Shown piece after piece: positions 18,648 to 29,436 of a DNA stretch of 64,000 nt (its first letter is position 1; every line of letters starts with the position of its first letter). The notes beneath the pieces were generated by a model. It was given only the letters and a program-made list of their open reading frames with translations. It was not told the origin of the DNA and made no database searches. Origin of the DNA: Rhodanobacteraceae bacterium. GTDB taxonomy: Bacteria; Pseudomonadota; Gammaproteobacteria; Xanthomonadales; SZUA-5. The stretch spans positions 4,697 through 68,696 of the forward strand of contig JANNYA010000199.1 of the NCBI GenBank assembly GCA_031409855.1, in the 5' to 3' direction. Both the position numbers and the translations under genes were made by a program.

Positions 18648-21431
18648 GTGAATCAACCCAATAATCGTCATGAAGAACTAATACATGCGCAGCCGCGTCA
18701 AGTAGATTTTGCGCCGGTGGATGCGCCGCTGCGCGAAGATGTCAGTCGACTCGGGCAGCTGATTGGCGAAGTGCTTATCGATCAAGATGGCCCGGAGTTG
18801 CTAGCGCGCGTGGAGCGCGTGCGTAAATTGGCGATTGCGCGGCGCGAGGGCAGGGTGGATTTGGCACAGCTACAGCAGGTTTTGAGCGAGCTTTCATTGA
18901 CCGAAATTGAGCCGCTGGTGCGCGCTTTTGGCGTGTATTTCCAAAGCGTCAATGTCGCCGAACGTTTGCACCGGGTGCGTCGGCGTCTAGACTATCAGCG
19001 TGCTGGCGCAGCGCCACAGCCGGGCGGTTTGCACGCCACCTTGCTCGCGCTGAAGGAGGCAGGTGTCAGCGTCACTGAGCTGGGTGGTTTGCTCGGCCAG
19101 CTGTTGATTGAGCCGGTGTTTACCGCGCACCCGACCGAAGCCACGCGCCGCACGATGCTAGAGAAAGAACACGCGGTTGTGCGCGCGTTGATGGTCGCGG
19201 TGGAAAAACGTTTGACACCGAGGGAAGCAGCATCACTGACCGAGCGTCTGCGCTTAAATTTGACCACGGCTTGGCAAACTGCTGAGCATTCTGCCGAACG
19301 TCCAACCGTCGCTGACGAACTCAACCACGTTAGTTTCTATTTGACCGATGTGTTGTATCGGGTGGTGCCGAACTATTTTGCGGAGTTCGAGTACGCCTTG
19401 AGCGCGGTTTATGGCGCTGAAAGTGCGGCGCTGTTGCCATTGGCGGCACATCTGCAGTTTGCGCTGTGGGTCGGCGGCGATATGGATGGCAACCCGAATG
19501 TGGGTGCGGCGACGATTGCAGCCAGTTTGGCGCATCTGCGTGGCCTAATTTTGGAGCGCTACCGCGCGGAAGTGCTGACGTTGGCGCGGATTTTGAGCCA
19601 ATCGAGCGAGCGCGTCGAGGTCGATCCGGCCTTGCTTGCGCGCGTTGCGCACTATCGTGTACTGCTGCCGCGCGCCTCGGTGAATTTGAACACGCGCTAT
19701 GGCGATATGCCGTATCGGCAACTGCTGCTCTTGATCGCGGCGCGGCTACATAACTCGCAAAAGGCGCGCTTGCCGGGCTATTTGAACGCGGAAGAATTTG
19801 GCGATGACTTGCGCTTGATTGAAGCCAGCCTGCGTCGGCATCACGGCGCACATGCCGGTTTGTATCCGCTGGCGCAATTGCAGCGGCGGCTAGATTGCTT
19901 TGGTTTTCACTTTGCTAGGCTGGATCAACGGCAAGACTCGCGCGTGCACGCGCGCGCCCTTGCGGAGCTGTTGACTGATCCCGATTGGCCGACGCGCAGC
20001 GCTGCGGAACGCACAGTCGTGTTAAACGCGGTGCTGGCAGGCAAACGCAGTCTACGTCGGCCGGTCGCAGAACCTGCGCGTGGCGTGGTGGCGGTGTTTA
20101 AAAGCTTGAGCCAGCAGCGCAAACAATTTGGCGCGGCGGCGCTTGGCCCCTACATTATTAGTATGACGCGCAATGTCAGCGATGTGCTGAGCGTGCTGGC
20201 GCTGGCCGAATGTGGCGCACGCGGCAGCGCCGGTGCAATTGATGTGGTGCCGCTGTTTGAAACGGTGGACGACTTACGTAACGCCAGTGATGTGCTTGGG
20301 CAACTGTTCGATGACGCGCACTATCGCCGCCACTTAGCGGCGCGTGGCGATCAGCAAATGGTGATGTTAGGTTATTCCGATAGCAGTAAAGACGGCGGCT
20401 TGATGGCCTCGCGCTGGGCGCTGCAGCGCGCGCAGGTGGAGTTAATGGAGTTGGCGCAGCGTGCGGGCATCGCGCTAACGTTTTTTCATGGACGCGGCGG
20501 TTCCGTCAGCCGTGGCGGTGGCAAAACCGAGCGCGCGGTAAACGCGGCACCCCGAGGTTCGGTGCAGGGCCGATTGCGCTTGACTGAGCAAGGCGAGGTG
20601 ATCCATCGAAAGTACGGCATGCGCGCCCTGGCGGTGCGTAATTTAGAACAGGCAACCTCGGCGGTAGTACGTGCGACTTTGCGTCCACGCCCGCCCGAAC
20701 CTAGGGAAAACAAATGGCGCGAAATGATCGCGTTTATGAGCGATGCCAGCAGTGCCAGCTATCGCGCCCTGGTTTATGGCGAAACAGCTGCGGCGCTACC
20801 CGCGCAAATTGCGCTTGAACGGGCAAATTTTGTTGACTATTTTCGGCTAGCCACACCCATTGATGTGATTGAACGCATGCGCATCGGATCGCGGCCGGCG
20901 CGGCGTGGCGGCGGTGGCCTGGAAAATCTGCGCGCGATTCCCTGGGTGTTTGGCTGGGCGCAAACGCGCTGCGGTTTGAGTGCGTGGTACGGTGTTGGTG
21001 CCGGGTTGCAGGCTGGAATCGCGCAATTTGGCCTGCCCGCCGTGCGCGAAATGGCGCGTGATTGGGCGTTTTTTGACACCTTGATTGACGATGTCGAAAT
21101 GGTTTTGGCGAAGGCAGACATCGACATTGCGCGCGTTTACTCAGAGCTTTCCGGGAAACTACATGAGCAGTTTTTTCCACGCATCGCTGGAGAATTTGAG
21201 CTGACTTTGCGCAGCGTTTTGGCAATCAAGGACGCCAGTGAAGTGCTAAGCGCCGATCGCCGTTTGGCCCTTTCGATCCGCTTGCGCAACCCTTATGTCG
21301 ACCCGCTCAGCCTGATGCAGGTGGATTTACTGAAGCGCTGGCGCGCCGCTGGGCGCCCTGAGGACGAATTGTTTCGGGGTTTGTTGAGTACCGTCAACGG
21401 CATTGCGCAGGGTTTGCAGAATACGGGTTGA
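18648..21431 (+). CDS. ppc: Phosphoenolpyruvate carboxylase
   Basis: VFTAHPTEATRRT, GYSDSSKDGG and FHGRGGSVSRGGG motifs, plus the canonical C-terminus ..QNTG. GTG start. Confidence 0.97.
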   Translation: MNQPNNRHEELIHAQPRQVDFAPVDAPLREDVSRLGQLIGEVLIDQDGPELLARVERVRKLAIARREGRVDLAQLQQVLSELSLTEIEPLVRAFGVYFQSVNVAERLHRVRRRLDYQRAGAAPQPGGLHATLLALKEAGVSVTELGGLLGQLLIEPVFTAHPTEATRRTMLEKEHAVVRALMVAVEKRLTPREAASLTERLRLNLTTAWQTAEHSAERPTVADELNHVSFYLTDVLYRVVPNYFAEFEYALSAVYGAESAALLPLAAHLQFALWVGGDMDGNPNVGAATIAASLAHLRGLILERYRAEVLTLARILSQSSERVEVDPALLARVAHYRVLLPRASVNLNTRYGDMPYRQLLLLIAARLHNSQKARLPGYLNAEEFGDDLRLIEASLRRHHGAHAGLYPLAQLQRRLDCFGFHFARLDQRQDSRVHARALAELLTDPDWPTRSAAERTVVLNAVLAGKRSLRRPVAEPARGVVAVFKSLSQQRKQFGAAALGPYIISMTRNVSDVLSVLALAECGARGSAGAIDVVPLFETVDDLRNASDVLGQLFDDAHYRRHLAARGDQQMVMLGYSDSSKDGGLMASRWALQRAQVELMELAQRAGIALTFFHGRGGSVSRGGGKTERAVNAAPRGSVQGRLRLTEQGEVIHRKYGMRALAVRNLEQATSAVVRATLRPRPPEPRENKWREMIAFMSDASSASYRALVYGETAAALPAQIALERANFVDYFRLATPIDVIERMRIGSRPARRGGGGLENLRAIPWVFGWAQTRCGLSAWYGVGAGLQAGIAQFGLPAVREMARDWAFFDTLIDDVEMVLAKADIDIARVYSELSGKLHEQFFPRIAGEFELTLRSVLAIKDASEVLSADRRLALSIRLRNPYVDPLSLMQVDLLKRWRAAGRPEDELFRGLLSTVNGIAQGLQNTG

Positions 21432-21455
21432 GGGCGTTTTGGTGCTTAAAAAATG

Positions 21456-21487
21456 AAAAAAGCCCGGAATAACCCGGGCTTTTTTTT
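21456..21487. terminator. Bidirectional rho-independent terminator
   Basis: aaaaaagcccgg-aataac-ccgggctttttt, between the convergent ppc (+) and S8 peptidase (-) genes. Confidence 0.9.
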
Positions 21488-21490
21488 CAA

Positions 21491-24406
21491 TTACTCGCCG
21501 AAACCGTCACTAAATATCGTGCCGTTTGGATCCGCTGTAGTAAAGGATCCACCGCTCACGACGGCACCATTTGCACAGGCGTTTTCTGCACGCACACGCC
21601 AGTGGTAAACCGCATTGGCGCGCAGCGCGCGCGTTGGGGTAAAGCTTGCGGCGGACTGATTGACGCTGTTCCAAAGCGTGGCGAAACTCGCGTCGCGCGT
21701 GTATTCCAAGCGGTAGCTGCGCACATTTGCCGCGGCCGTCCAGCTGAATTGCGGTATCAGCGCTACCCCCGTCACAGCGGCGGCCGGTGTAGTCGTTGTG
21801 AAACTTCCCGGTACTGCTGCGTAAACATTCATTGACACTGGCAGCTGCACGGAAAAATCAGCACCGGTGGTTAGCACCGTTAACGCGAGCGGTCCCGCCG
21901 CTGTTCCCGCAGCTAATGTGCCGCTGAGAGCACTTGGTGCGCCTACTGCGGTAGGAGTTACAGCGCTTGGTGTGAACAGAATATTGCTGAGCGCTGTTGG
22001 CGGGTTCATAAGCGCCATCGTCGCGGTTTGATCGGCATCCAAGGTGCCGCGCACCGTTATTGGATAAGGGCCAAAATTACTGCCAGCGCAAGCGTCGAGA
22101 GTGGCGACCGGCACGCTGAGCGTTACGCTCGGCGCATTGCGGCAGTTGGTGCAAACTAGGGCGTAATCCTGGCGCGGATTGCCGGGCGTGCCGTTGCCGC
22201 TGAGGGCATCGCCATTCAGTGCGCTGGCGGTAACGGTGATGGTGTGAACTGCGGTGCCAGGTGCGGCGATATAAACGTTTTCTAAGTTTGCCAGCGTATC
22301 AGCGAGCCCGCCCGTTGCGGAGCTGCCTGCGGCGAACACGTTACCCAGGTAGCTGTTTGCCGAGGTCGTTACGGCAAGATCTAAATTATTGACCAAGGCC
22401 GGGTTAGCACTAACCGCTCCGGGTGCGTCTGACCAGCTGAGCGTAATTTTTAGCGGCTTGTTCGGATCGACGGCAATCACGCGTTTCATACGCACACTTC
22501 CGACCGTGCTCAAAACCTCTTGCTGATCGAAATACAGGCCGTTCACCGTGGTTGCCAGGGTATCCACCAGATTTATCAAGCCCCAGCCCTCATCATTATT
22601 AGGGATTGGGCGCGAGCCATCAATGTTGTTTGGATCGCCTGGAACGCTGCCCGGAATATCGCGCGCACCGTTGACCAGAACCGATTTGACCATCGCTGGG
22701 CTTGGGTTGCTGCCGAGGTTGTTGCGCCGCCACCATTGCACAGTCAGCGCCGCTGCGCCCGAAGCGCGCGGCGTCGACATACTTGTGCCGCTGCAAAGCG
22801 CGTAGAGATCCGCTGTGCCAGCGATGGCAGTAGAGCAGCTGCCGCCTAATGCGTTGCGCGTTGATGCGGTATTGCTGCCAACGCCGGTCAAGACCGGCAA
22901 GATTCGCCCATCAACCGCTGGCCCGCGACTCGAACCGCTGTTGAGCAAATTTGGGCCAGTGCCGCTGCGGGTCGAGCCCGAATTCGCGACTGACACAATG
23001 TTTTTGGCCTCGTGCGGTGCGGTTAGGCCGGTGCTGCCTGCGTTGCCAGCGGAGAAAAAGACATTGAAAGCTTCTGTGACGTTGGTGGTGGCAAAATCGG
23101 CATCGCGCACCAGCACATCGTATTCGCGGGCGCTGGCGGTATAACCACTGCGCGCGGCACCGTTGTTCCAGCTGTTATTGCTGCCCGAAGCGCCGACTGC
23201 AAGTGCGCTGGTAATTACGGCGGCGTTGCTCAAGGTATTACCCGAGCACACAATGCGCGCGGCCCACAGTTGCGTTCCTGGGGCAACGCCCTGACCGTAC
23301 AAAAAGCCAGCCCCGTCTGTTTCAGCAGCGGGGCCACTGCCATCGCCTATTCCGCGCCCTAAAATCGCGCCTGCGACGTGGGTGCCATGGCCGCCACCTG
23401 CAGCATCATCGCCTGGACTTGAACCCAAGGTGCAGCCTTCAGTCATTCCACCAACCCATGCGGGCGCCAAATCCGGGTGCTCGCGGTCGGCACCCGTGTC
23501 GACAACCGCCCAGGTCACGCCAGCGCCGGTCAAACCGTTCAGTGGCCCGGCTAAAAATGCCGAATAGCCCGGCATCAATGCTGCGGGCGTGGTGAACGGC
23601 TGTGCCATAATTTGATTCGCAGCCTCATCGTCAATCTGCGCTTCAGGCTCGAAGCTGACGTTGATGACTTGCGGTATTAACAACAGGCGCTCGATGATGC
23701 TGGCATCAGCGGATACGCGCGCATAGCGCAATTTCTGATCCGGCTGCGCGGCACGCTCTTCTAGCGGTGTGGCCCCTAGACTTTGCATTTGTTTCAGGAT
23801 GCTATTTTGCACGCCGTTGGCGTGAAACATCACAATAATCCGGTCCGAGCGCCCTGCGGCCAGCGCGTTCAAGCTGCGATCGCGCTTAAAGTCGAGATCG
23901 AACGCTGCGATTGCGCGCACTTCAGGTGCACTGCCAGCTTGGCTAAGCGGCGCGCCATAAAGCAAGACTGCGTTATGCGGCAAGTATTGCAGCGCCAAGG
24001 CTCCTTGAGTTTCCAGCGCCGTAATCCACGGTTGTTTTGCTGGGCCAAAAAACTGCACCACCTGCAAGCCCCGGCCCGCACTGTCCAACACCGGCAGGGA
24101 CGAACTTGCAGTCAGGTCGCGCTCTATGTCACCGATGCGAACCGTTTTCCCTTGCGCCAACTGCGCGCTTATTCCGGCGGCGCGTGCTGCGCTTTCCTCC
24201 ATCCAAACCCAATGAAAACTGCCGTAGTCAATGGCGTGCTCTGTGCCGGATAACGAACGCGCTTGCTGCGCGTCAATACGATACGGTGCCGAGGCGGCAA
24301 TGGCTGTAGTGCAAATTAGGCTGCAAGCTAGGCTAAGTAGAGTAGGGGCAATGCGCACGGTGACACCGAAATCGGGATGGGAGCCTGATACTACTAAATG
24401 CGGCAT
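21491..24406 (-). CDS. Secreted subtilisin-like (S8) serine peptidase with large C-terminal beta-rich/Fn3-like extension
   Basis: Catalytic triad context VVDTGAD, HGTHVAG and GTSMSTP. Hydrophobic signal ..RIAPTLLSLACSLICTTAIAASA. C-terminal FSWTAAANVRSYRLEY..YHWRVRAEN (Fn3-like). The start is uncertain: ATG 24406 or GTG 24358. Confidence 0.9.
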   Translation of the reverse strand: MPHLVVSGSHPDFGVTVRIAPTLLSLACSLICTTAIAASAPYRIDAQQARSLSGTEHAIDYGSFHWVWMEESAARAAGISAQLAQGKTVRIGDIERDLTASSSLPVLDSAGRGLQVVQFFGPAKQPWITALETQGALALQYLPHNAVLLYGAPLSQAGSAPEVRAIAAFDLDFKRDRSLNALAAGRSDRIIVMFHANGVQNSILKQMQSLGATPLEERAAQPDQKLRYARVSADASIIERLLLIPQVINVSFEPEAQIDDEAANQIMAQPFTTPAALMPGYSAFLAGPLNGLTGAGVTWAVVDTGADREHPDLAPAWVGGMTEGCTLGSSPGDDAAGGGHGTHVAGAILGRGIGDGSGPAAETDGAGFLYGQGVAPGTQLWAARIVCSGNTLSNAAVITSALAVGASGSNNSWNNGAARSGYTASAREYDVLVRDADFATTNVTEAFNVFFSAGNAGSTGLTAPHEAKNIVSVANSGSTRSGTGPNLLNSGSSRGPAVDGRILPVLTGVGSNTASTRNALGGSCSTAIAGTADLYALCSGTSMSTPRASGAAALTVQWWRRNNLGSNPSPAMVKSVLVNGARDIPGSVPGDPNNIDGSRPIPNNDEGWGLINLVDTLATTVNGLYFDQQEVLSTVGSVRMKRVIAVDPNKPLKITLSWSDAPGAVSANPALVNNLDLAVTTSANSYLGNVFAAGSSATGGLADTLANLENVYIAAPGTAVHTITVTASALNGDALSGNGTPGNPRQDYALVCTNCRNAPSVTLSVPVATLDACAGSNFGPYPITVRGTLDADQTATMALMNPPTALSNILFTPSAVTPTAVGAPSALSGTLAAGTAAGPLALTVLTTGADFSVQLPVSMNVYAAVPGSFTTTTPAAAVTGVALIPQFSWTAAANVRSYRLEYTRDASFATLWNSVNQSAASFTPTRALRANAVYHWRVRAENACANGAVVSGGSFTTADPNGTIFSDGFGE

Positions 24407-24449
24407 CGATTGCGTGTCAAATTTCCCCGATTTACGGTTAAAATTGCAT

Positions 24450-24473
24450 AAAAAAGCCCGGAATCATCCGGGC
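24450..24473 (-). terminator. Rho-independent terminator of the membrane-protein gene
   Basis: Stem gcccgga / tccgggc with loop atca, followed on the minus strand by a T6 run. It lies 30 nt after the stop at 24503. Confidence 0.8.
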
Positions 24474-24502
24474 CTAGGTTTACAACATGTCAAAGCAAAA
24501 CC

Positions 24503-25267
24503 TCACCAACCCGGTGCACCTGGAGGCGGTGGTGGCGCTGACATTTGACCAAGCTTGGCAACATCAGGTTGGAACACATCGAGGTAGGCGCGGTAAGCAG
24601 CTACGGAAATGACCGGGTAAATTAAGGTCATAAACAAGATCTGCCCAATAAGAGGAATGAACATAAGCACAAAACCGACAAGCCAGATTGCAAGGCCGCA
24701 GGCAAGAAATACCAGCATCGCACCTATATTTTTCATAGATGCCGCCAAAGATTCTTTCAATGCATCAATTGCGTTAACGTTGTCAAACATGATGCGCGAT
24801 ACCGCAAAGAACATCATTGCAAACAGCGCCAGGCCCACTGGAATTGCAATTAAAAATACCAAGCCTATTGTGCCCATCAAGCCGGCAAAAGCAGCTGGAC
24901 TTATGTTGCCACTACCGCCCGCGGATCCAATGGCTGCCAAGATCGCGCCACCACCGAGCACAAAAGCCAGAATCAACATGACGATGCCAAAAACTAACGG
25001 CAGTAAACAAAGAATAATCAATGGCCCGGCGCGTGTCTGCAGCCCAGAAAATAAATCGCCTACTTCTGGCATTTGCCCAGCATCTAACTTACGAACGGCC
25101 TGCTGTACACCTGCTTGCAGCGCAGGATTGAGTAAAGTGGTGATAAAGTTGAGTATCGGTATCCCCCACGCCAAACCCATCACTAAAAATACGGCGGGTG
25201 CTTTGAATACGGTCTCAAAGCCACTTTTCCACCATTCAAAACCGCGACTTGCTTCCACTGATCTCAC
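24503..25267 (-). CDS. Multi-pass inner-membrane protein with Pro-rich C-terminus (unknown function)
   Basis: 254 aa with about 5-6 hydrophobic helices. N-terminal EASRGFEWWKSGFE and C-terminal SAPPPPPGAPGW. Has its own terminator. Confidence 0.65.
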   Translation of the reverse strand: MRSVEASRGFEWWKSGFETVFKAPAVFLVMGLAWGIPILNFITTLLNPALQAGVQQAVRKLDAGQMPEVGDLFSGLQTRAGPLIILCLLPLVFGIVMLILAFVLGGGAILAAIGSAGGSGNISPAAFAGLMGTIGLVFLIAIPVGLALFAMMFFAVSRIMFDNVNAIDALKESLAASMKNIGAMLVFLACGLAIWLVGFVLMFIPLIGQILFMTLIYPVISVAAYRAYLDVFQPDVAKLGQMSAPPPPPGAPGW

Positions 25268-25510
25268 TGGACGTTCTCCTTCGTTGGTCGATTAACTACG
25301 TTTTGTTGATTTGGATTTGCCTATGCAAACCAAAGCCTACGCCTGAGATTACTCTGCAAAGGCGTTCAGTAGAAAGGTGTTCCCCAAAATTTATGCGTTT
25401 TTTGATGCGGCTTGCTTAAACAAGAGCTTGCGTGGCCCCGGTTCACATTGTGTGTTCAGCAAATACTCGTTACGTTCGCCGCCTTCGATTGCATTTTAAA
25501 GACTCTCACC

Positions 25511-27223
25511 ATGCGCCTGAGCCAATTTCACTTAAATACCTATAAAGAAAGCCCAAGCGACGCGGAAGTGATGAGCCAAAAGCTGATGCTGCGTACCGGC
25601 ATGATTCGCAAACTTTCCGGCGGTATTTATACCTGGTCACCGTTGGGCTTGCGGGTATTGCGCAAAGTCGAGGGCATCGTGCGCGAGGAGATGGACCGCG
25701 CTGGTGCGCTGGAAATCTTGATGCCGGCAGTGGCGCCGAAAGAGCTGTGGGAGGAAACCGGGCGCTGGGATCAGTTTGGCGCGCAGCTACTAAAAATGAC
25801 GGACCGCGCGGGCCGCGAGTTTTGCTTTGGCCCGACACACGAAGAAGTCGTGACTGATTTCGCCCGTAATGAGCTGAAAAGCTACAAACAGCTGCCGAAA
25901 AATTTCTATCAAATCCAAATGAAGTTTCGCGATGAAATTCGCCCACGATTTGGCGTGATGCGCGGCCGCGAATTTTTAATGAAAGACGCTTATTCCTTCC
26001 ATTTGGACGAAGCGGGCCTGGTGCGCGAGTACCAAAACATGTTCGACACCTACAGCCGCATCTTCACGCGTTTGGGGCTGAAATTTCGGGCGGTGCAGGC
26101 CGACACCGGTGCCATCGGCGGCAGCGGCAGCCATGAATTTCACGTGATGGCAAGCTCCGGTGAGGACGCGTTAGCCTATTGCGAGGATTCTGATTTTGCC
26201 GCGAACGTGGAAATGGCGGAAGCGATTTGCGCCGATACACGCTTAGCCGCCACCCAAACGATGGAGAAAGTCAGCACACCAAAACAAACTACGTGCAGCG
26301 ATGTCGCGGCACTCCTGGGCATTGATATCAAACGCACGGTAAAAGCGGTCGCCGTGGTGCGCACCGACAACAAATTTGCCCTGGTGCTGGTGCGTGGCGA
26401 TCACACTGTCAATGACATTAAGTTGAGTAAGCTCAGCGGTATGGCGGATTTCCGCTTGGCGACTGAGGCTGAAATACGTGAAACCATGGGCTGTGTGCCG
26501 GGCTTTATCGGGCCGGTCAAAAGCAAACTGCCGATCATGGTGATTAGTGACCGCACCGTGGCTGCGATGAGCGATTTTGTCTGTGGCGCGAACGAGGCCA
26601 AGTTCCATTTGCAGGGCGTGAATTTTGGCCGGGATTTGCCCGAAGCGGATCTGATTGCGGACGTGCGCAATGTCATTGACGGCGATCTTTCCCCAGATGG
26701 CAAAGGTGTGTTGAGTATCGCGCGCGGTATTGAAGTCGGACATGTGTTTCAGCTCGGACAAAAGTATGCGCAGGCGATGAATGCGACGGTGTTGGACGAT
26801 CAGCAAAAAGCAGCGGTGATGTACATGGGCTGCTACGGCATTGGCGTGTCACGCATAGTCGGTGCCGCAATTGAGCAAAATTTTGACGAGCGCGGCATGA
26901 TTTGGCCGGCCGCCATCGCGCCGTTTTATATTTCGGTTTTGCCGATGAATGCGCACACGAGCGAATCGGTAAAAGTGGCGGCTGAAGCGCTGTATCAAGA
27001 ACTAAGTGCCGCAGGTTTTGATGTGCTGCTGGATGATCGCAACGCGCGCGCGGGCGTGATGTTCGCGGATCAGGAATTGGTGGGCATTCCGCATCGCGTG
27101 GTGGTCGGTGAAAAAGGTTTGGATGCGGGCACAGTGGAATACAAAGGCCGTCGCGATGCTGAGTCTAAGAATATTCCGCGCGCAGAGTTCGTAGCGTGGC
27201 TCAAGGCATTGCGCGGCGCATGA
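25511..27223 (+). CDS. proS: Prolyl-tRNA synthetase (bacterial type with insertion/editing domain)
   Basis: Start set at [13 protein letters not shown] (25511). Class II motifs [25 protein letters not shown] and GCYGIGVSR. Confidence 0.97.
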   Translation: MRLSQFHLNTYKESPSDAEVMSQKLMLRTGMIRKLSGGIYTWSPLGLRVLRKVEGIVREEMDRAGALEILMPAVAPKELWEETGRWDQFGAQLLKMTDRAGREFCFGPTHEEVVTDFARNELKSYKQLPKNFYQIQMKFRDEIRPRFGVMRGREFLMKDAYSFHLDEAGLVREYQNMFDTYSRIFTRLGLKFRAVQADTGAIGGSGSHEFHVMASSGEDALAYCEDSDFAANVEMAEAICADTRLAATQTMEKVSTPKQTTCSDVAALLGIDIKRTVKAVAVVRTDNKFALVLVRGDHTVNDIKLSKLSGMADFRLATEAEIRETMGCVPGFIGPVKSKLPIMVISDRTVAAMSDFVCGANEAKFHLQGVNFGRDLPEADLIADVRNVIDGDLSPDGKGVLSIARGIEVGHVFQLGQKYAQAMNATVLDDQQKAAVMYMGCYGIGVSRIVGAAIEQNFDERGMIWPAAIAPFYISVLPMNAHTSESVKVAAEALYQELSAAGFDVLLDDRNARAGVMFADQELVGIPHRVVVGEKGLDAGTVEYKGRRDAESKNIPRAEFVAWLKALRGA

Positions 27224-27663
27224 AGCAGCCTGAAGCCGCGCAAGCCCTTGTTCAATCGGACGATGTTCAGCAAGAAATCGTCGATGATTTCGCGATGTTT
27301 TCCGACTGGTCAGAACGCTATCAATATCTGATTGATCTGGCGAAAGCCTTGCCCGTGTTTCCAGAAGCCTTAAAAACTGAGGCGAATTTGCTCAAAGGTT
27401 GCCAAAGCCAAGTATTTGTCCACTTTGGGCCTGGGCAAGAACGCTTAGAAATTCAGGCGATTAGCGATTCCAGCATTGTCTCGGGGCTGATTTCACTCGT
27501 GCTGCGGGTTTACAGCGGCCACAGCCCACTGGAAATTCTGGCGACAGAGCCGCGCTTTATCGATGGCATCGGTTTGAGCAAAAATTTGTCGATTACGCGT
27601 AAAAATGGGCTGGCGGCGTTGATCGCTAAAATTAAGGCGGAGGCGGCGCTGCGCGTGGCTTAA
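27220..27663 (+). CDS. SufE-like cysteine-desulfuration (sulfur acceptor) protein
   Basis: ATGA overlap with the proS stop. Contains ERYQYLIDL and [11 protein letters not shown], which carries the SufE/CsdE active-site Cys context. Confidence 0.8.
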   Translation: MKQPEAAQALVQSDDVQQEIVDDFAMFSDWSERYQYLIDLAKALPVFPEALKTEANLLKGCQSQVFVHFGPGQERLEIQAISDSSIVSGLISLVLRVYSGHSPLEILATEPRFIDGIGLSKNLSITRKNGLAALIAKIKAEAALRVA

Positions 27664-27762
27664 TTGTGGCTGTAATTGCATGCGATCTAAGCACGGCGCG
27701 CTTCGTTTGGTTGTTTTGGGTATCAGGTTGGTTCGTGCCGCCATTCAAACTATAATCCAACC

Positions 27763-28431
27763 ATGCTGATCTTCTTTCTAATTTTGTTGTTCGCAATTAT
27801 TTTTGCGCCCCAGCTTTGGGTCAAACACACCCTAAAAAAGTATCACCAGCCGCCAGATCGCTATCGTGGCAGCGGCGCTGAACTTGCGCGCATGCTGCTG
27901 GATCAGGAAAACTTAGCGCACGTCAGCGTGGAAAAAACGGATCGCGGCGATCACTACGATCCGATCAAAAAAGCGGTGCGGCTTTCACCTGAGTGTTTTG
28001 ATGCGCGTTCGCTCACGGCAATTACGGTAGCAGCGCACGAAGTTGGGCATGCGCTGCAGGATCGGGACGCCGACCCGCGTCTGCGTGTGCGAACCTCGCT
28101 TGCGGTGGTGATGGGCAAACTGCAACCGCTTAATGTTGGTTTTTTACTGGTGGGCTCAGTTTTGGCGACGGTTTTGGGTAGCCCGCGGCTGATCGCGCTG
28201 ATCGTCATTGCAGCGCTGGCTATTCAAATGCTGGGCACCGTGCTTAATCTGATAACGCTGCCAATGGAGTGGAACGCGAGTTTTGGCCGCGCTTTGCCCA
28301 TGCTGCAAGCGCACAAAATTTTGATTGAAGGCGACCAGCGCCACGCTCGTCGTATTCTGAGGGCAGCGGCGCTAACTTATGTCGCTGCCAGCCTGATCTC
28401 GCTGTTGTTTTTACTGCGCTGGGTGCGTTGA
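27763..28431 (+). CDS. Membrane zinc metallopeptidase (YugP/Zn_peptidase_2-like)
   Basis: N-terminal TM helix, HEXXH motif (AAHEVGHALQD) and C-terminal TM helices. The 222-aa size is typical of the family. Confidence 0.8.
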   Translation: MLIFFLILLFAIIFAPQLWVKHTLKKYHQPPDRYRGSGAELARMLLDQENLAHVSVEKTDRGDHYDPIKKAVRLSPECFDARSLTAITVAAHEVGHALQDRDADPRLRVRTSLAVVMGKLQPLNVGFLLVGSVLATVLGSPRLIALIVIAALAIQMLGTVLNLITLPMEWNASFGRALPMLQAHKILIEGDQRHARRILRAAALTYVAASLISLLFLLRWVR

Positions 28432-28436
28432 GCGCA

Positions 28437-29363
28437 TTAGGCCAGGATCTTTGTATACAGCGGTATTCCTACAATGACATTGAACGGGAACGTGATGGCT
28501 AGGGCCAAGGTGATAGAGAGGTGATGCCGTGCCTCGGGTATTGCAATGCGCATGGCCGCTGGCACCGCAATGTAGGAAGCGCTGGCTCCTAACGTTGCAA
28601 TAATCACGACACCGCCTGAAGAAAGCCCTGCCGCCATGCCAGCAAGCGCACCCAGTGCCGCACCAAACAGTGGCATGAGCGTGCCAAACGCCAACAGGAA
28701 GAAACCAACTTCGCGCAACTCCTTAATGCGCGATGCCGCGATAAAGCCCATTTCAACAAGGAATAGTGCCAAGGCCCCTTTGAATAGATCAATGAATACC
28801 GGGGCGATTGGCGCTACTCCTGAGGGCCCAGCCAGAAAGCCGATTAGCAAACCGCCGCCCATCAGCAATATTCCCTTATTCAAGAACACCTCATGCGCCA
28901 AACTGGCGCCGCCACCTTGGCCGACACCGGCTCTACGTGCCAGCCAGATTCCTATGCCGATGGCGGGCATTTCCAATAGCACAACGAAAACTGGCAGATA
29001 AGCCTCATAAGAAATTTCGAGGCTATCGAGGTGTGCGATGCCAACCGCAAACGTAGCAACACTGACGGAGCCGTAATGCGCCGCTATGCTCGCTGCGTCA
29101 GCCGCAGGCAAACCGCCTAGCTTGCGAAGCACCGGGTAGGCCACAAATGGCAACACGAATCCCAAAGCAACCACAGGTATCGCTTGCAGCAGCACATCTC
29201 CGAGTGGAAAGCGCGCCAACTCAATGCCGCCTTTCAATCCCAATGCAATCAACAAATACAGGGTTAAGGTTTCATACAAATCGGCGGGCAATCGAAAATC
29301 GGCGCGCACCAGTCCAGCAAAGGCACCGAGCCCGAAGAACAAGATAATCACGTCAATATTCAA
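28437..29363 (-). CDS. SbtA-like (sodium-dependent bicarbonate transport family) permease
   Basis: 308 aa, about 10 TM helices. The N-terminal string ILFFGLGAFAGLVRADFRLP..LYLLIALGLKGG matches the Sbt_1/DUF897 family as I recall it. Confidence 0.6.
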   Translation of the reverse strand: MNIDVIILFFGLGAFAGLVRADFRLPADLYETLTLYLLIALGLKGGIELARFPLGDVLLQAIPVVALGFVLPFVAYPVLRKLGGLPAADAASIAAHYGSVSVATFAVGIAHLDSLEISYEAYLPVFVVLLEMPAIGIGIWLARRAGVGQGGGASLAHEVFLNKGILLMGGGLLIGFLAGPSGVAPIAPVFIDLFKGALALFLVEMGFIAASRIKELREVGFFLLAFGTLMPLFGAALGALAGMAAGLSSGGVVIIATLGASASYIAVPAAMRIAIPEARHHLSITLALAITFPFNVIVGIPLYTKILA

Positions 29364-29436
29364 GCAGTCTGCCTCGCGAACGCATCAAATTCAGGGTGGG
29401 CGGCTAAAAATAATTGGCGTCATCAACCACCATAGC

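Noticed and set aside
21456-24473. Near-identical sequences aaaaaagcccggaat(a/c)a(a/t)cccgggc flank the S8 peptidase gene in direct orientation; considered as boundaries of an inserted cassette
   Set aside because: Each is a complete, well-placed intrinsic terminator for a neighbouring gene (ppc/S8, and the membrane-protein gene). The shared part is only the generic A-run plus a GC-rich stem, and there is no TSD or further flanking similarity.
24657-25295. 212-aa plus-strand ORF opposite the membrane-protein gene
   Set aside because: It is a shadow ORF. The minus-strand product has coherent TM helices and its own terminator, while the plus-strand product is P/A/K/S-rich with no structure.
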